From contig OY282354.1 in the NCBI GenBank assembly GCA_958295485.1, positions 2,403,417-2,467,416 on the forward strand: 64,000 nt of DNA, read 5' to 3'. Shown piece by piece: positions 8,190 to 18,951 of this stretch. The position numbers and the translations under genes were made by a program. How positions within the stretch are numbered: position 1 is the stretch's first letter; each line of letters starts with the position of its first letter. Under the pieces are notes generated by a model. That model searched no databases, was not told the origin of the DNA, and saw nothing but the letters and a program-made list of their open reading frames with translations. This stretch comes from an uncultured Gammaproteobacteria bacterium (GTDB lineage Bacteria > Pseudomonadota > Gammaproteobacteria > Eutrophobiales > Eutrophobiaceae).

Positions 8190-10937
8190 ATGCACGCTGA
8201 AGTTGAACCTGTCGTTAAAAAAGTTTCTACCTACTGTTACCAATGCGTCAACGGGCCTGACCTGTTGACCGTGGAAACCGTTGACGGGGTAGCTACGAAA
8301 GTCGAACCGAATTTCGACCTGAAAGGCGAACATCCCGCCGATGGCAAGGTCTGTGTCAAACCCTTCGGGTTAGTGCAAAAACTGTATAACCCCCACCGCA
8401 TCAAAAGACCCATGAAACGCACCAACCCGAAAAAGGGTCGGAATGAAGACCCGGGTTGGGTGGAGATCAGTTGGGAAGAAGCCCTTGACATCGTAGCCGG
8501 GAAAATGAACGCCACCCGCGCCAAGGGCATCATGGATGAAAACGGCAATCCGCGCCTGGCCTTCACGACCGGTGGCGCGGCGACGCCTTTCAAGTATATG
8601 GGCAGCTTCCCTGCCCTGCTGTTTGCATGGGGTCCGTTTGATCAAAGCCTCGGCGCCGGCGGCACCGTCAAGTGTTATCATACCGAACACATGTTCGGTG
8701 AATTATGGCACAGGGCATTTACCATTCTGCCGGATACGCCCCGCTGTGAATATTTGATTTCATTCGGCAGCAATATCGATGCCTCCGGGGGCGTTACCGG
8801 AGTACGCCGTCATGCCGATGCTCGTAAGCGCGGCATGAAGCGCATCCAGTTTGAACCTCACTTGTCGGTTACCGGCGCCAATGCCACGGAATGGATACCC
8901 ATCAAAACCAAAACCGATAACGCGGTGTTGTTTTCCATGTTGCACGTCTTGTTGCACGAGACCCCCATCGACAAACTGGACGTGCCGTTCCTTAAAAACC
9001 GGACGGCGTCACCCTACCTGGTAGGCCCCAACGGATTTTACCTGCGCGACCCGGAAACAAAAAAGCCGTTGATGTGGGACAATAAATCAAACAGGGCGAC
9101 GCCTTATGATCAGGCCCATGGGGACCCGGCCCTCACCGGCAGATTTACGGTGACCAACGCAATCGAGGTCGGCGCCGATGATGAGACGTGGCGGTATGAT
9201 TCTGTTGAAGCCGACACGGGGCTGGAAAAAACGAAGCGATTGGTTAGCGATAAAACCCCGGAATGGGCCGCGGATATATCGGAAGTACCGGCAGAGACTA
9301 TTCGGCGCATTGCCAATGAATACCTGGCCCACGCCCATATCGGCGAGACGGAAGAGGTGGATGGTCGCGTCCTGCCGTTTCGACCGGTAGCCACGGTCCT
9401 GGGCAAATCCGTCAACAACGGTTGGGGCGCCTACGAATGTGTCTGGGCACATACCATGATGCAGGTGCTGGTAGGCGCCCTGGAAGTCTCCGGGGGCATG
9501 CTGGGCAGCACTACCCACGTGGCTGGTGATACGGACTGGGAAAGGTCTTTGACAGTAGAGGCCGGGGAAGACGGCTTTATGACCCATACTTTCACTCCTA
9601 CCGACAAGGAAGGCTGGGATGCCAATCCCTTCACTCGCCACGCCCACAACAGCTTGACTCCCATGGGCGGCAATAAAATGGGCGCGCAACTATTCGGCTC
9701 GACCACCCTCGCCTGGTTAAGACTACAGGGACGCGCCGCCGAGAGTTGGCCCAAACCGAATCCGCCGGATGTCTGGTTCGTCTACAAATGCAATCCCGCC
9801 ATCTCCCATTCAGAGACCGACAAAATGGGCGACGTCATGGCCGGGTTTCCCTTCACCGCCGCCTTCGCCTATACCCTGGATGAGAGCAACCACTTTGCCG
9901 ACGTGGTCATGCCGGAAGCCACGGACCTGGAAAGCGATCAGCTGCACCGGATCGGCGGGGGGCATTACTTCGAGAACCATTGGGAGTCGGAAGGCTGGGC
10001 CTTGCGCCAGGCGGTGATAGAGCCGCTGCACGAAGCAAAAGACTTCAGCTGGATCGCCAATGAACTGGCCAAACGCACCGGATTGCTGGAAGCCTACAAC
10101 GGCGCCATCAACGCCGGCGTTTGCGGTATCCCCCTGCAAACCGAGGGCTATGACTTCTCACTGGACGTAACCAGGGAACACTCCCAGGATGAAATCTGGA
10201 ATGCAGTCAGCAAGGCCGCCAGTTACGACCTTACCGCAGGCAGGGAGATACTGGACCTGGACTGGTTCAGGAAAAATGGTTTCAAGACCCGTCCCTATTC
10301 CCGCCTCAACTGGTACCTGTACCACAAGCTGGAAGATTTGGGGCTGCGTTTTGAATTGCCGTACCAGGAACGTTATTACCGCATGGGCAGACAACTGGCT
10401 AATCGTCTGCATGAAACCGGGGTGCACTGGTGGGACAAACAGCTGGAAGAATACGAGCCCTTGCCCGAATTCAAAGACCTGAACAAGTACTGGGATGAGA
10501 TCATTGAACGCAACCATCCGGTCAAGGCGACAGACTATCCTTTCTGGCTGTTGACCGGTCGCAGCATGCAGTATGCCTGGGGGTCCAACGTGGGCATACA
10601 ATTGATGAAAGAAGTGGCAGACAACGTGTACGGTCACGACGGCATTATCATGAATGCCGGCAAGGCGGGGGAAATGGGGATTGAAAACGGTGATCTCATC
10701 GAGGTAACGTCGCCGGTGAACTCTACCCGTGGTTATGCGCGCTTGCGCCAGGGCGTCCGGCCCGACGTGGTGGTGATGATAGCCCAATTCGGCCAGTGGA
10801 AGATGCCCTTCGCCAAAGATCTGAAAATGCCCGGATTAAACGCCCTGGTCCCCATGAACGTGGACTCGCTGGATGGAGGTGGTTCCAGCATCGACGGCAC
10901 CAAGGTATACGTAACCCGTATCGGAGCAGGCCTGTGA
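8190..10937 (+). CDS. Molybdopterin oxidoreductase, DMSO-reductase family, catalytic alpha subunit; no twin-arginine signal
   Basis: 915 aa; N-terminal Cys cluster STYCYQCVNGPD...C...C (FeS ligand motif). RBS AAGGAGGG upstream. N-terminus MHAEVEPVVKKVSTY has no RRxF motif. Confidence 0.85.
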   Translation: MHAEVEPVVKKVSTYCYQCVNGPDLLTVETVDGVATKVEPNFDLKGEHPADGKVCVKPFGLVQKLYNPHRIKRPMKRTNPKKGRNEDPGWVEISWEEALDIVAGKMNATRAKGIMDENGNPRLAFTTGGAATPFKYMGSFPALLFAWGPFDQSLGAGGTVKCYHTEHMFGELWHRAFTILPDTPRCEYLISFGSNIDASGGVTGVRRHADARKRGMKRIQFEPHLSVTGANATEWIPIKTKTDNAVLFSMLHVLLHETPIDKLDVPFLKNRTASPYLVGPNGFYLRDPETKKPLMWDNKSNRATPYDQAHGDPALTGRFTVTNAIEVGADDETWRYDSVEADTGLEKTKRLVSDKTPEWAADISEVPAETIRRIANEYLAHAHIGETEEVDGRVLPFRPVATVLGKSVNNGWGAYECVWAHTMMQVLVGALEVSGGMLGSTTHVAGDTDWERSLTVEAGEDGFMTHTFTPTDKEGWDANPFTRHAHNSLTPMGGNKMGAQLFGSTTLAWLRLQGRAAESWPKPNPPDVWFVYKCNPAISHSETDKMGDVMAGFPFTAAFAYTLDESNHFADVVMPEATDLESDQLHRIGGGHYFENHWESEGWALRQAVIEPLHEAKDFSWIANELAKRTGLLEAYNGAINAGVCGIPLQTEGYDFSLDVTREHSQDEIWNAVSKAASYDLTAGREILDLDWFRKNGFKTRPYSRLNWYLYHKLEDLGLRFELPYQERYYRMGRQLANRLHETGVHWWDKQLEEYEPLPEFKDLNKYWDEIIERNHPVKATDYPFWLLTGRSMQYAWGSNVGIQLMKEVADNVYGHDGIIMNAGKAGEMGIENGDLIEVTSPVNSTRGYARLRQGVRPDVVVMIAQFGQWKMPFAKDLKMPGLNALVPMNVDSLDGGGSSIDGTKVYVTRIGAGL

Positions 10938-11617
10938 CTCGTTACGTGATGATCGCGGATCTCAACCGCTGCGTCGGTTGTCAGACCTGCACTGCCGCCT
11001 GCAAGCATACCAACGCGACGCCGCCGGGCGTGCAATGGCGCAAGGTGCTGGACGTCGAATGGGGTGAATATCCCGAGGTGGAACGCCTGTTCATACCGGT
11101 AGGATGCCAGCATTGCGCCGACCCGCCCTGTATGCATGTCTGCCCCAGCACCGCAACGGGGCAACGGGAAGACGGTATCGTGACGATTGACTATGACCTG
11201 TGTATCGGTTGCAGTTATTGTACCGTGGCCTGCCCCTACCAGGCTCGTTATAAAGTGGACAAACCGGAATTCGCCTATGGCGACACACCCACCGAGACGG
11301 AAGCAAAGCGTTTTGACGAACGCACCATGGGCGTTGCGCAGAAATGTACGTTTTGTTCCGACCGGGTGGATGCGGGCGTGGAAAAAGGTCTCACCCCCGG
11401 CATCGATCCCGAAGCGACTCCAAGTTGTGTCAACGCCTGCATTGCCGATGCCTTGAGTTTCGGCGACATCGAAGATGAAGACAGCAACGTGTCGGAGTTA
11501 CTGGCCGAGAACACCTGGTTTCAAATGCACGCGGAATTGGGCACGGAACCGGGCTTTTATTACCTGTGGGACAAAGAGCTGCCCCAGGAATTGCAAGGAG
11601 ACATGCAGGGTGATTAG
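10934..11617 (+). CDS. 4Fe-4S ferredoxin-type electron-transfer (beta) subunit, DmsB/PsrB-like
   Basis: GTG start overlaps the alpha-subunit stop (ctGTGActc); alternative ATG at 10949. Four CxxCxxCxxxCP clusters. Confidence 0.85.
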   Translation: MTRYVMIADLNRCVGCQTCTAACKHTNATPPGVQWRKVLDVEWGEYPEVERLFIPVGCQHCADPPCMHVCPSTATGQREDGIVTIDYDLCIGCSYCTVACPYQARYKVDKPEFAYGDTPTETEAKRFDERTMGVAQKCTFCSDRVDAGVEKGLTPGIDPEATPSCVNACIADALSFGDIEDEDSNVSELLAENTWFQMHAELGTEPGFYYLWDKELPQELQGDMQGD

Positions 11618-12509
11618 CCCGCAGACCAGCTTCGGAAACGCGTTGCAGACCCAGTGGGATTGGCGCGCGGCGGGTAATTTCATGTTTGGTGGCAGTGGTG
11701 GCGCGCTGATCTTCATGGCAGCCATTGCTTCTTATCCCGCTGCCCCATCGCCCGTCGTCGGCCTGGCGGCATTGGTATTCGTGGGTGTGGGGTTATTTTT
11801 GGTATGGCTGGAGATTGGCCGGCCCTGGCGGTTCCTGCACGTATTCTTTCATCCGCAAACCTCCTGGATGACCCGGGAGGCATCCGTATCGCTTCTATTA
11901 TTCGCAACTACATTAACCGGCGTCCTGTTTCAAATACCTGTATTAATCGTCGTAGCAGGGTTGTCGGGTTTCTTGTTCCTGTACTGCCAGGGGAGAATTC
12001 TAAGAGCGAGCAAGGGTATCCCGGCATGGCGGGAACCTTCGGTTGTTCCGCTTATGATGATCACCGGTCTGGTTGAAGGCACGGCCATATTATTTATCCT
12101 GCTCATCTTTTCCAATGGGGAACAGGCCTGGCTCATGTACGTCCTGATGGGCTTGCTCTTAGGCCGGTTGGCAGGTTGGCAGTATTACCGGCGGCGTTTG
12201 GCCGCGGACAAAGCCCCCCGGGGCGCATTGAAGGTATTAGACGGGATAAACAAACCGCAAGTCATCCTGGGGAACGCCCTGCCCCTGCTCCTCCTTGCCG
12301 TGGCGACAGCCCTGCCGGAATTAATGAAGCCCCTGGCGCTGCTTGCCTGTATATTGGGGACGGCAAGCGGGTGGTTGATGAAATTCATTATCGTAGCCAG
12401 GGCCGCAAAAGTGCAGGGTTATGCCTTGGGCAAACTGAAAAAAGGCCGGCCCGACATCAAACCGCCGGTGCGAAGAGAAAAGGACAAATTCGTATTCAGC
12501 CGCGATTGA
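11610..12509 (+). CDS. Membrane anchor subunit, DmsC-like polytopic protein
   Basis: GTG start overlaps the beta-subunit stop (GTGATTAG). Hydrophobic helices throughout; DmsC-like N-terminus WDWRAAGNFMFGGSGGALIF. Confidence 0.7.
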   Translation: MISPQTSFGNALQTQWDWRAAGNFMFGGSGGALIFMAAIASYPAAPSPVVGLAALVFVGVGLFLVWLEIGRPWRFLHVFFHPQTSWMTREASVSLLLFATTLTGVLFQIPVLIVVAGLSGFLFLYCQGRILRASKGIPAWREPSVVPLMMITGLVEGTAILFILLIFSNGEQAWLMYVLMGLLLGRLAGWQYYRRRLAADKAPRGALKVLDGINKPQVILGNALPLLLLAVATALPELMKPLALLACILGTASGWLMKFIIVARAAKVQGYALGKLKKGRPDIKPPVRREKDKFVFSRD

Positions 12510-12620
12510 GCGGGGGACAGAGGCCGTCATCCCGGGGCCGCGAAGGAGCTGAAGTCAGATTCTTCGCGCAGCCCGTCCTTGAGCGAAGCGCCCGGAATAA
12601 CGAGAAATGACGGTTTGCTG

Positions 12621-14099
12621 TTACCTGCCCCCTGTCTTCCGCTTCGGCGCATACAGGTCAGTGATCGTTCCCTCGAACATTTCGGCGGAGAAAGCAACGG
12701 TTTCAGATAAGGTGGGATGCGGATGAATCGTTAAACTGATGTCTTCCGCTTCGCAATCCATTTCAATAGCCAGGGCTGCCTCCGCGATCAAATCACCGGC
12801 GTTGGGACCGACAATCCCTGCACCGATCACGCGTTTGGTCTTTTCATCGAACAACAGCTTGGTGATGCCTTCATTTCGACCGAGACTCAAGGAACGGCCA
12901 CTGGCGGCCCAGGGGAACACGCCTTTGCCATATTCGATAGCTTGTTGTTTCGCCTCTGTTTCAGTGACCCCGACCCAGGCGACTTCCGGGTCCGTGTAAG
13001 CCACGGACGGGACTACCCGGGCATCGAACGCGCTTTTCAGGCCGGCGGCAACCTCCGCGGCGATCTTGCCTTCATGCACTGCCTTATGAGCCAACATGGG
13101 CGGACCGGTGATATCACCAACGGCGAATATGTTGGGGACGTTGGTTCGTTGTTGTTTATCTACCGGAATAAACCCCTGCTCATCGACGCTGACCCCGGCA
13201 TTCTCCGCGCCGATATTCTTGCCGTTGGGCCGGCGCCCCACCGCAACTAATATGCGGTCGAATATCTCCTCCTCCGGCGCTTTCGCGCCGGTAAAACTCA
13301 CCACTAATCCCTTCTTCTCAGGCCTGACCCCTGTTACGCCGGCGCCCAGGTAAATCTTCTCGTATTGTTTTTCGATGCGTTTATGCAGTGGCCTGACAAT
13401 ATCAGGGTCGGCCCCGGTCATCAGGTTATCCAGCATTTCAACGACGGTGATCCTGCTGCCTAATTCATGGTATACCGCAGCCATTTCAAGGCCGATGATC
13501 CCGCCACCGATCACCAGCAATCTTTCAGGTATGTCCACTAATTCCAAGGCCCCGGTCGAGTTCATGACGCGGGGATCATCGGGCAATCCCGGCAGGCTTG
13601 CCGCCTGGGAACCTGCGGCGATAACCGCGCTTTCAAATTCGACAATTCGCCGGCCGCCCTGTGTGTCCACTGAAATCTGGTTGGAAGAAATAAACCGCCC
13701 CGTACCATGAATAACCGTCACCTTTCTTTGCCTGGCCAATCCTTTCAAACCGTTTGTCAATTGAGACAGCACTTTATCCTTCCAGCCAAGCAGCTTGCCT
13801 TTATCTATCCTGGGCTCACCGAACTCAATCCCGTATCCGGATACCTCCCTGGCCTCGCTGATCACCTTGGCGACGTGCAACAAGGCTTTTGATGGGATGC
13901 ATCCCACATTCAAACACACACCGCCAAGGGAAGGGTAGCGTTCGATCAACACGGTCTTCTTGCCTGAATCAGCGGCGCGAAATGCCGCCGTGTAGCCACC
14001 CGGCCCGGAACCCAGCACCACGACTTCCGTCTTCAAATCAGAACCTGACAAAGAACCGGGCTTTCCCCCTGATTGTATTTTTACTCCCCCAACCGACAT
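12621..14099 (-). CDS. lpdA: Dihydrolipoyl dehydrogenase (E3), with a ~20-aa N-terminal extension
   Basis: GSGPGGY FAD motif, redox-active GGVCLNVGCIPSK, His-Pro dimer motif HPHPTLSE. Confidence 0.9.
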   Translation of the reverse strand: MSVGGVKIQSGGKPGSLSGSDLKTEVVVLGSGPGGYTAAFRAADSGKKTVLIERYPSLGGVCLNVGCIPSKALLHVAKVISEAREVSGYGIEFGEPRIDKGKLLGWKDKVLSQLTNGLKGLARQRKVTVIHGTGRFISSNQISVDTQGGRRIVEFESAVIAAGSQAASLPGLPDDPRVMNSTGALELVDIPERLLVIGGGIIGLEMAAVYHELGSRITVVEMLDNLMTGADPDIVRPLHKRIEKQYEKIYLGAGVTGVRPEKKGLVVSFTGAKAPEEEIFDRILVAVGRRPNGKNIGAENAGVSVDEQGFIPVDKQQRTNVPNIFAVGDITGPPMLAHKAVHEGKIAAEVAAGLKSAFDARVVPSVAYTDPEVAWVGVTETEAKQQAIEYGKGVFPWAASGRSLSLGRNEGITKLLFDEKTKRVIGAGIVGPNAGDLIAEAALAIEMDCEAEDISLTIHPHPTLSETVAFSAEMFEGTITDLYAPKRKTGGR

Positions 14100-14476
14100 G
14101 CGCTCTGTTCTCCTTCTTGCAGACAGGGACTGTCCAAAATCATATTTATCAAATTAAATTTATGGGTGTCCCGAATTAAGTTTACGAGTGTCCCGAATTA
14201 AATCCGCCATAACCACCTGTCCCTGTATATCTAATTGAAATAATTATATTTTAATCCTGTTCATCAGCATTTTCATGAATTTTTCCTTGACTTATCCACA
14301 TGAAACTCAACGCTAAGTCACAGTAAAATCCACAAGATGTCGTGGTTAAAATAATACTTGACCACAATTGCTGGTGGTGTGATAATTCCCATTACGTAAC
14401 AAGTTTCATCTCGTTTCCGGGTTTTAAACATCGGGAACGATAACAACAACACACACGAGTTGTGCGGATAAGGTCC

Positions 14477-17434
14477 ATGCAAATTGAAAAAACTGCCTTG
14501 GCAGAGTCTGTCGTCGGTGGGAACGCTGAAAATAAAGCGGGAAATATTCACCCGATTAACGATCCTGTCCAACAAGATAACCCCCGGAAGAACAACGATC
14601 CTGCCAGCGAATTAAATGCCTTCCAGCCCGGGGAATATAAAGTAATTCGCAGGAACGGTAAAGTCACCGGCTTTGACGCATCCAAAATCAGCGTTGCCGT
14701 CACCAAGGCGTTTTTAGACGTGGAAGGCGGCACGGCGGCAGCGTCAACCCGCGTTCATGAAAAAGTAAAAGCGCTCACCGGACAGGTAGTCAGGGCCTTG
14801 ACCCGTCGCATGCCCAGTGGCGGCACCGTGCATATCGAAGATATTCAGGATCAAGTTGAGCTGGCCCTGATGCGCGCCGTTGAGCAAAAAGTGGCCCGCG
14901 CTTACGTGATCTACAGGGAAGAACGAACCCGCGCCCGAATCGAAAAAGAAAAACAGCAAGAAGCAAAAATTGAACAAACCAGGGCGACGGACGACATCAA
15001 TGTAAAGACAAAAGAAGGCGCATTGAAGAAACTGGATATGGACCGCCTTATCGCTGTTGTCAACGAGGCCTGTGACGGCCTGGAGCACGTGGAAGGTCGC
15101 CTTATCATCAATGACGCACTGCGTAACCTGTTTGATGGCGTTAATGAAACCGACGTCAATCCGGCTTTGGTAATGAGCGCGAGAACGCTTATCGAAAAAG
15201 AGCCGAATTACACCTATGTCGCCGCCCGTTTATTGTTAGATAAGCTGCGCAGGGAAGCCCTGAGCTATCTCAATCACAACGACACGGAAGCAACCCAGGC
15301 GCAAATGGCAGAACAATATCCGCTTTACTTCAAGAAATACATCGAAGCGGCGGCATCCCTGGATTTATTGGCCCACGAGCTGGTGAAATATGATTTGGAC
15401 AACTTGGGCCAGGCCTTGAAACCAGAGCGTGATCAATTGTTTACTTACCTTGGCCTGCAAACCTTATACGACCGTTACTTTATCCACACCGACAACAAGA
15501 CTCGTATCGAACTGCCGCAGGTTTTTTTCATGCGGGTCGCAATGGGTCTTGCCATTAATGAACTCGATCGCGAAGCCAAAGCGATTGAATTTTATGAACT
15601 ACTGTCTTCCTTTGATTTTATGAGCTCCACGCCCACCTTGTTCAACTCGGGCACGTGTCGGCCTCAACTTTCAAGCTGTTACCTGAGTACGGTGCCCGAT
15701 AATCTGGATGGTATTTTCAGCGCGATCAAAGATGATGCCTTGTTATCCAAGTTCGCCGGCGGCCTGGGCAATGATTGGAGTCGGGTCCGTTCAATGGGTG
15801 CGCACATTAAAGGGACCAATGGAAAATCCCAGGGGGTGGTGCCATTTCTCAAAGTCGCCAATGATACCGCCGTCGCGGTTAACCAGGGCGGAAAGCGCAA
15901 AGGCGCCATGTGCGCTTACCTGGAAAGCTGGCATCTCGATATCGAAGAATTCCTGGAGCTGCGCAAAAATACCGGCGACGACCGACGCCGCACCCATGAC
16001 ATGAATACCGCCAATTGGGTCCCGGACCTGTTTATGCAACGGGTCAGTGAAGATGGCAACTGGACCTTGTTCTCCCCTGACGATACAACGGATTTGCATG
16101 ACCTGTACGGCCAGGAATTCAATAAGCGCTATATCGAATATGAACAAATGGCGGCCCGGGGTGAAATCAAAAACTGCAAGACCATGAAGGCGCTGGACTT
16201 GTGGCGCAAGATGCTCTCCATGTTATACGAAACAGGTCACCCCTGGTTCACGTTCAAGGACCCCTGTAATTTGCGCTCGCCGCAACAACACGTCGGGGTT
16301 GTCCATTCCTCCAATTTGTGTACTGAGATAACGCTTAATACCTCGGATAATGAGATCGCAGTCTGTAATTTAGGTTCCGTCAACCTGGCGCAACATGTGG
16401 ATGTGGATGAAACGGGAGGCCTTGACCGGAAAAAACTGGAGAAGACCATCAACACCGCCATGCGCATGTTGGATAACGTGATTGATTACAATTATTACAG
16501 CGTGCCCCAGGCGCGCCGTTCCAATTTACGCCATCGTCCGGTAGGCATGGGCATCATGGGCTTCCAGGATGCCTTGTATAAACTACGACTTCCATACGCA
16601 TCCGAAAAAGCGATTGCGTTTGCCGACGGCAGTATGGAGGCAGTCAGTTATTATGCGATCAAGGCATCAACAAACCTGGCCGAGGAACGCGGCGTCTATT
16701 CCAGCTTCAAGGCATCGCTCTGGAGCCAGGGAATACTGCCGATTGATTCCATCGATATTCTTGAGAGAAATCGGGACGGTTACCTGGACATGGATAAAAG
16801 CCAGACCCTGGATTGGCGGAGCTTACGCAGCCGCGTGAAAAAAACGGGTATGCGTAATTCCAATTGCATGGCCATTGCGCCCACTGCGACTATTTCCAAC
16901 ATTTGCGCGGTCAGCCAATCTATTGAACCGACTTACCAGAACCTGTTCGTGAAGTCGAACTTGTCCGGTGAATTTACCGTTGTTAATCCCTACCTGGTTG
17001 ATGATCTTAAAGAGCGAGGGATATGGGATGACGTCATGGTCAGTGATCTCAAATATTTTGACGGCAGCGTTCAACAAATTGATCGAATATCGGATGATTT
17101 AAAAGCGCTCTATGCGACTGCCTTTGAGATTGACCCGCGCTGGCTGGTGGAATGCGCATCACGCCGGCAAAAATGGCTCGACCAGGCTCAGTCGCTGAAT
17201 TTGTACATGTCTGAACCGGACGGTAAAAAGATGGACAACCTGTACAAATTGGCTTGGATACGCGGCCTCAAGACAACTTATTACCTGCGCAGCCTGGGAG
17301 CGACCCACGTAGAGAAGAGCACCTTGAGCGGTGGCCGCGAAAACAAACTCGCCGCGGTTGAACGCGCAAGTCTCGGTGAATCGGAAGTTAATCTGTGCAC
17401 GATAGATGATCCCGAATGTGAGTCGTGCCAGTAG
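14477..17434 (+). CDS. nrdA: Ribonucleotide reductase class Ia, alpha subunit (long form with N-terminal extension)
   Basis: ATG at 14477 (the ORF opens at a GTG at 14462). ATP-cone motifs and C-terminal Cys pair ...DDPECESCQ. Confidence 0.9.
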   Translation: MQIEKTALAESVVGGNAENKAGNIHPINDPVQQDNPRKNNDPASELNAFQPGEYKVIRRNGKVTGFDASKISVAVTKAFLDVEGGTAAASTRVHEKVKALTGQVVRALTRRMPSGGTVHIEDIQDQVELALMRAVEQKVARAYVIYREERTRARIEKEKQQEAKIEQTRATDDINVKTKEGALKKLDMDRLIAVVNEACDGLEHVEGRLIINDALRNLFDGVNETDVNPALVMSARTLIEKEPNYTYVAARLLLDKLRREALSYLNHNDTEATQAQMAEQYPLYFKKYIEAAASLDLLAHELVKYDLDNLGQALKPERDQLFTYLGLQTLYDRYFIHTDNKTRIELPQVFFMRVAMGLAINELDREAKAIEFYELLSSFDFMSSTPTLFNSGTCRPQLSSCYLSTVPDNLDGIFSAIKDDALLSKFAGGLGNDWSRVRSMGAHIKGTNGKSQGVVPFLKVANDTAVAVNQGGKRKGAMCAYLESWHLDIEEFLELRKNTGDDRRRTHDMNTANWVPDLFMQRVSEDGNWTLFSPDDTTDLHDLYGQEFNKRYIEYEQMAARGEIKNCKTMKALDLWRKMLSMLYETGHPWFTFKDPCNLRSPQQHVGVVHSSNLCTEITLNTSDNEIAVCNLGSVNLAQHVDVDETGGLDRKKLEKTINTAMRMLDNVIDYNYYSVPQARRSNLRHRPVGMGIMGFQDALYKLRLPYASEKAIAFADGSMEAVSYYAIKASTNLAEERGVYSSFKASLWSQGILPIDSIDILERNRDGYLDMDKSQTLDWRSLRSRVKKTGMRNSNCMAIAPTATISNICAVSQSIEPTYQNLFVKSNLSGEFTVVNPYLVDDLKERGIWDDVMVSDLKYFDGSVQQIDRISDDLKALYATAFEIDPRWLVECASRRQKWLDQAQSLNLYMSEPDGKKMDNLYKLAWIRGLKTTYYLRSLGATHVEKSTLSGGRENKLAAVERASLGESEVNLCTIDDPECESCQ

Positions 17435-17613
17435 AACAGGAAACAGCGGACAAGGAACGAATGACAAACGAATGACAAACGGATGATAAACGGATGACGG
17501 ACTTCTGCGAAATACGGGCGGGGCAGTCCTGTGATGATGAATATCAATGCAAAGAACACAGCGGGGAAAACAACAGCTCATCCGTATAAAACTAAAATGT
17601 CGAGGGGGGAATT

Positions 17614-18858
17614 ATGATAACGACTTGGGATGATCCCATTGCCAGTATTAAACGCTTGAAAATTGAAAGCGCCGTTGCGCCACAACCAGTTGTTGAACAG
17701 GTCCTGGCCAAGTTGGATACGATGAATAACGATTCATTATCCAAACCGGCTGCAACAACCCCTGCTTCCATACCCGGACAAAAAGCAGGTGAAGACGGAC
17801 AGGGCGGCATTACCGGTCTGGAAGAAGTCGAATTCGGCGCCGACAGGGTCAGCGTCGATGATAAGCAAATGATCAATTGTCGCGCGGACGTGAATCAACT
17901 CGTGCCGTTCAAGTATAAATGGGCCTGGCAAAAATACCTGGATGCCTGCGCCAATCACTGGATGCCGCAGGAAATCAATATGACTGCTGACATTTCGCTG
18001 TGGAAAAACCCGGATGGCCTGACCGAAGATGAACGAACCATCATAAAGCGAAACCTGGGCTTTTTCACCTCTGCCGATTCACTGGTTGCAAATAACCTGG
18101 TGCTGGCGGTCTACCGGCACATAACCAACCCGGAGTGTCGTCAATACCTGCTAAGACAGGCGTTTGAAGAAGCTTTGCACACCCACGCCTACCAGTACTG
18201 TGTCGAATCCCTGGGGCTGGACGAGGCCGAAGTATTCAACATGTACCGTGAAATCCCCTCTATTCACGATAAAGCCGCTTGGGCCATGCGTTTTACCCAA
18301 AGCCTCGGGGACCCCACATTCCATACCGGCACGCCGGCAACCGACCAGCGACTGTTACGAGACCTGATTGCCTTCTACATCGTGTTTGAAGGCATCTTCT
18401 TCTACGTGGGTTTCGTGCAAATCCTGTCCATGGGCCGACGCAACAAGATGATGGGTTGCGCTGAGCAATTTCAATATATCCTGCGTGATGAATCCATGCA
18501 TATGAACTTCGGCATCGATGTAATTAATCAAATAAAAATTGAAAACCCGCACCTGTGGACTCCGGCGTTTCAACAGGAAATCATCACCATGTTGCGCGAG
18601 GCGGTGGAACTGGAAACCCGCTATGCCTATGACTCCATGCCCCGGGGCGTGTTGGGTCTCAATGCCAACGTATTTGAAGACTATTTGAAATTTATCGCTA
18701 ATCGACGCTGCGCGCAAATCGGCCTGGCCGAGCAATACTCCGGGGCGGCCAACCCGTTCCCCTGGATGAGCGAGGTTATGGATTTGAAAAAAGAAAAGAA
18801 TTTTTTTGAAACGCGCGTGACTGAATATCAAACCGGCGGCACATTGAGTTGGGATTAA
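17614..18858 (+). CDS. nrdB: Ribonucleotide reductase class Ia, beta subunit
   Basis: 414 aa, di-iron ligand region [12 protein letters not shown] gagggggg. Confidence 0.9.
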   Translation: MITTWDDPIASIKRLKIESAVAPQPVVEQVLAKLDTMNNDSLSKPAATTPASIPGQKAGEDGQGGITGLEEVEFGADRVSVDDKQMINCRADVNQLVPFKYKWAWQKYLDACANHWMPQEINMTADISLWKNPDGLTEDERTIIKRNLGFFTSADSLVANNLVLAVYRHITNPECRQYLLRQAFEEALHTHAYQYCVESLGLDEAEVFNMYREIPSIHDKAAWAMRFTQSLGDPTFHTGTPATDQRLLRDLIAFYIVFEGIFFYVGFVQILSMGRRNKMMGCAEQFQYILRDESMHMNFGIDVINQIKIENPHLWTPAFQQEIITMLREAVELETRYAYDSMPRGVLGLNANVFEDYLKFIANRRCAQIGLAEQYSGAANPFPWMSEVMDLKKEKNFFETRVTEYQTGGTLSWD

Positions 18859-18951
18859 CCCCCATGCACACAGGGTTAATCCGCATATCTCATAGCAAAG
18901 CCATTTACCGTAACCCTCTTAGCGGGAAGCCAAGCGGAAGCTCGGCTATTG

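Noticed and set aside
12562-12573. 12-mer CAGATTCTTCGC shared by the lpd convergent spacer (12562) and the region downstream of the Cys-rich ORF (55326), both followed by ...AATGACGG
   Set aside because: Probably another small repeat or terminator family, but the match is short and the context is only partly collinear. Not enough to build a case without a genome-wide search.
12621-14099. 20-aa N-terminal extension on Lpd (MSVGGVKIQSGGKPGSLSGSDLK) as a vestigial lipoyl domain
   Set aside because: Too short and lacking the lipoyl-lysine motif. It is more likely a slightly upstream start call or a simple extension.
14330-14400. NrdR boxes upstream of nrdA
   Set aside because: Only weak partial matches (ACAAGATGTCGTGG, CACAATTGCTGGTGGTGTG) to the ACACWATATWTWGTGT consensus; not callable by eye.
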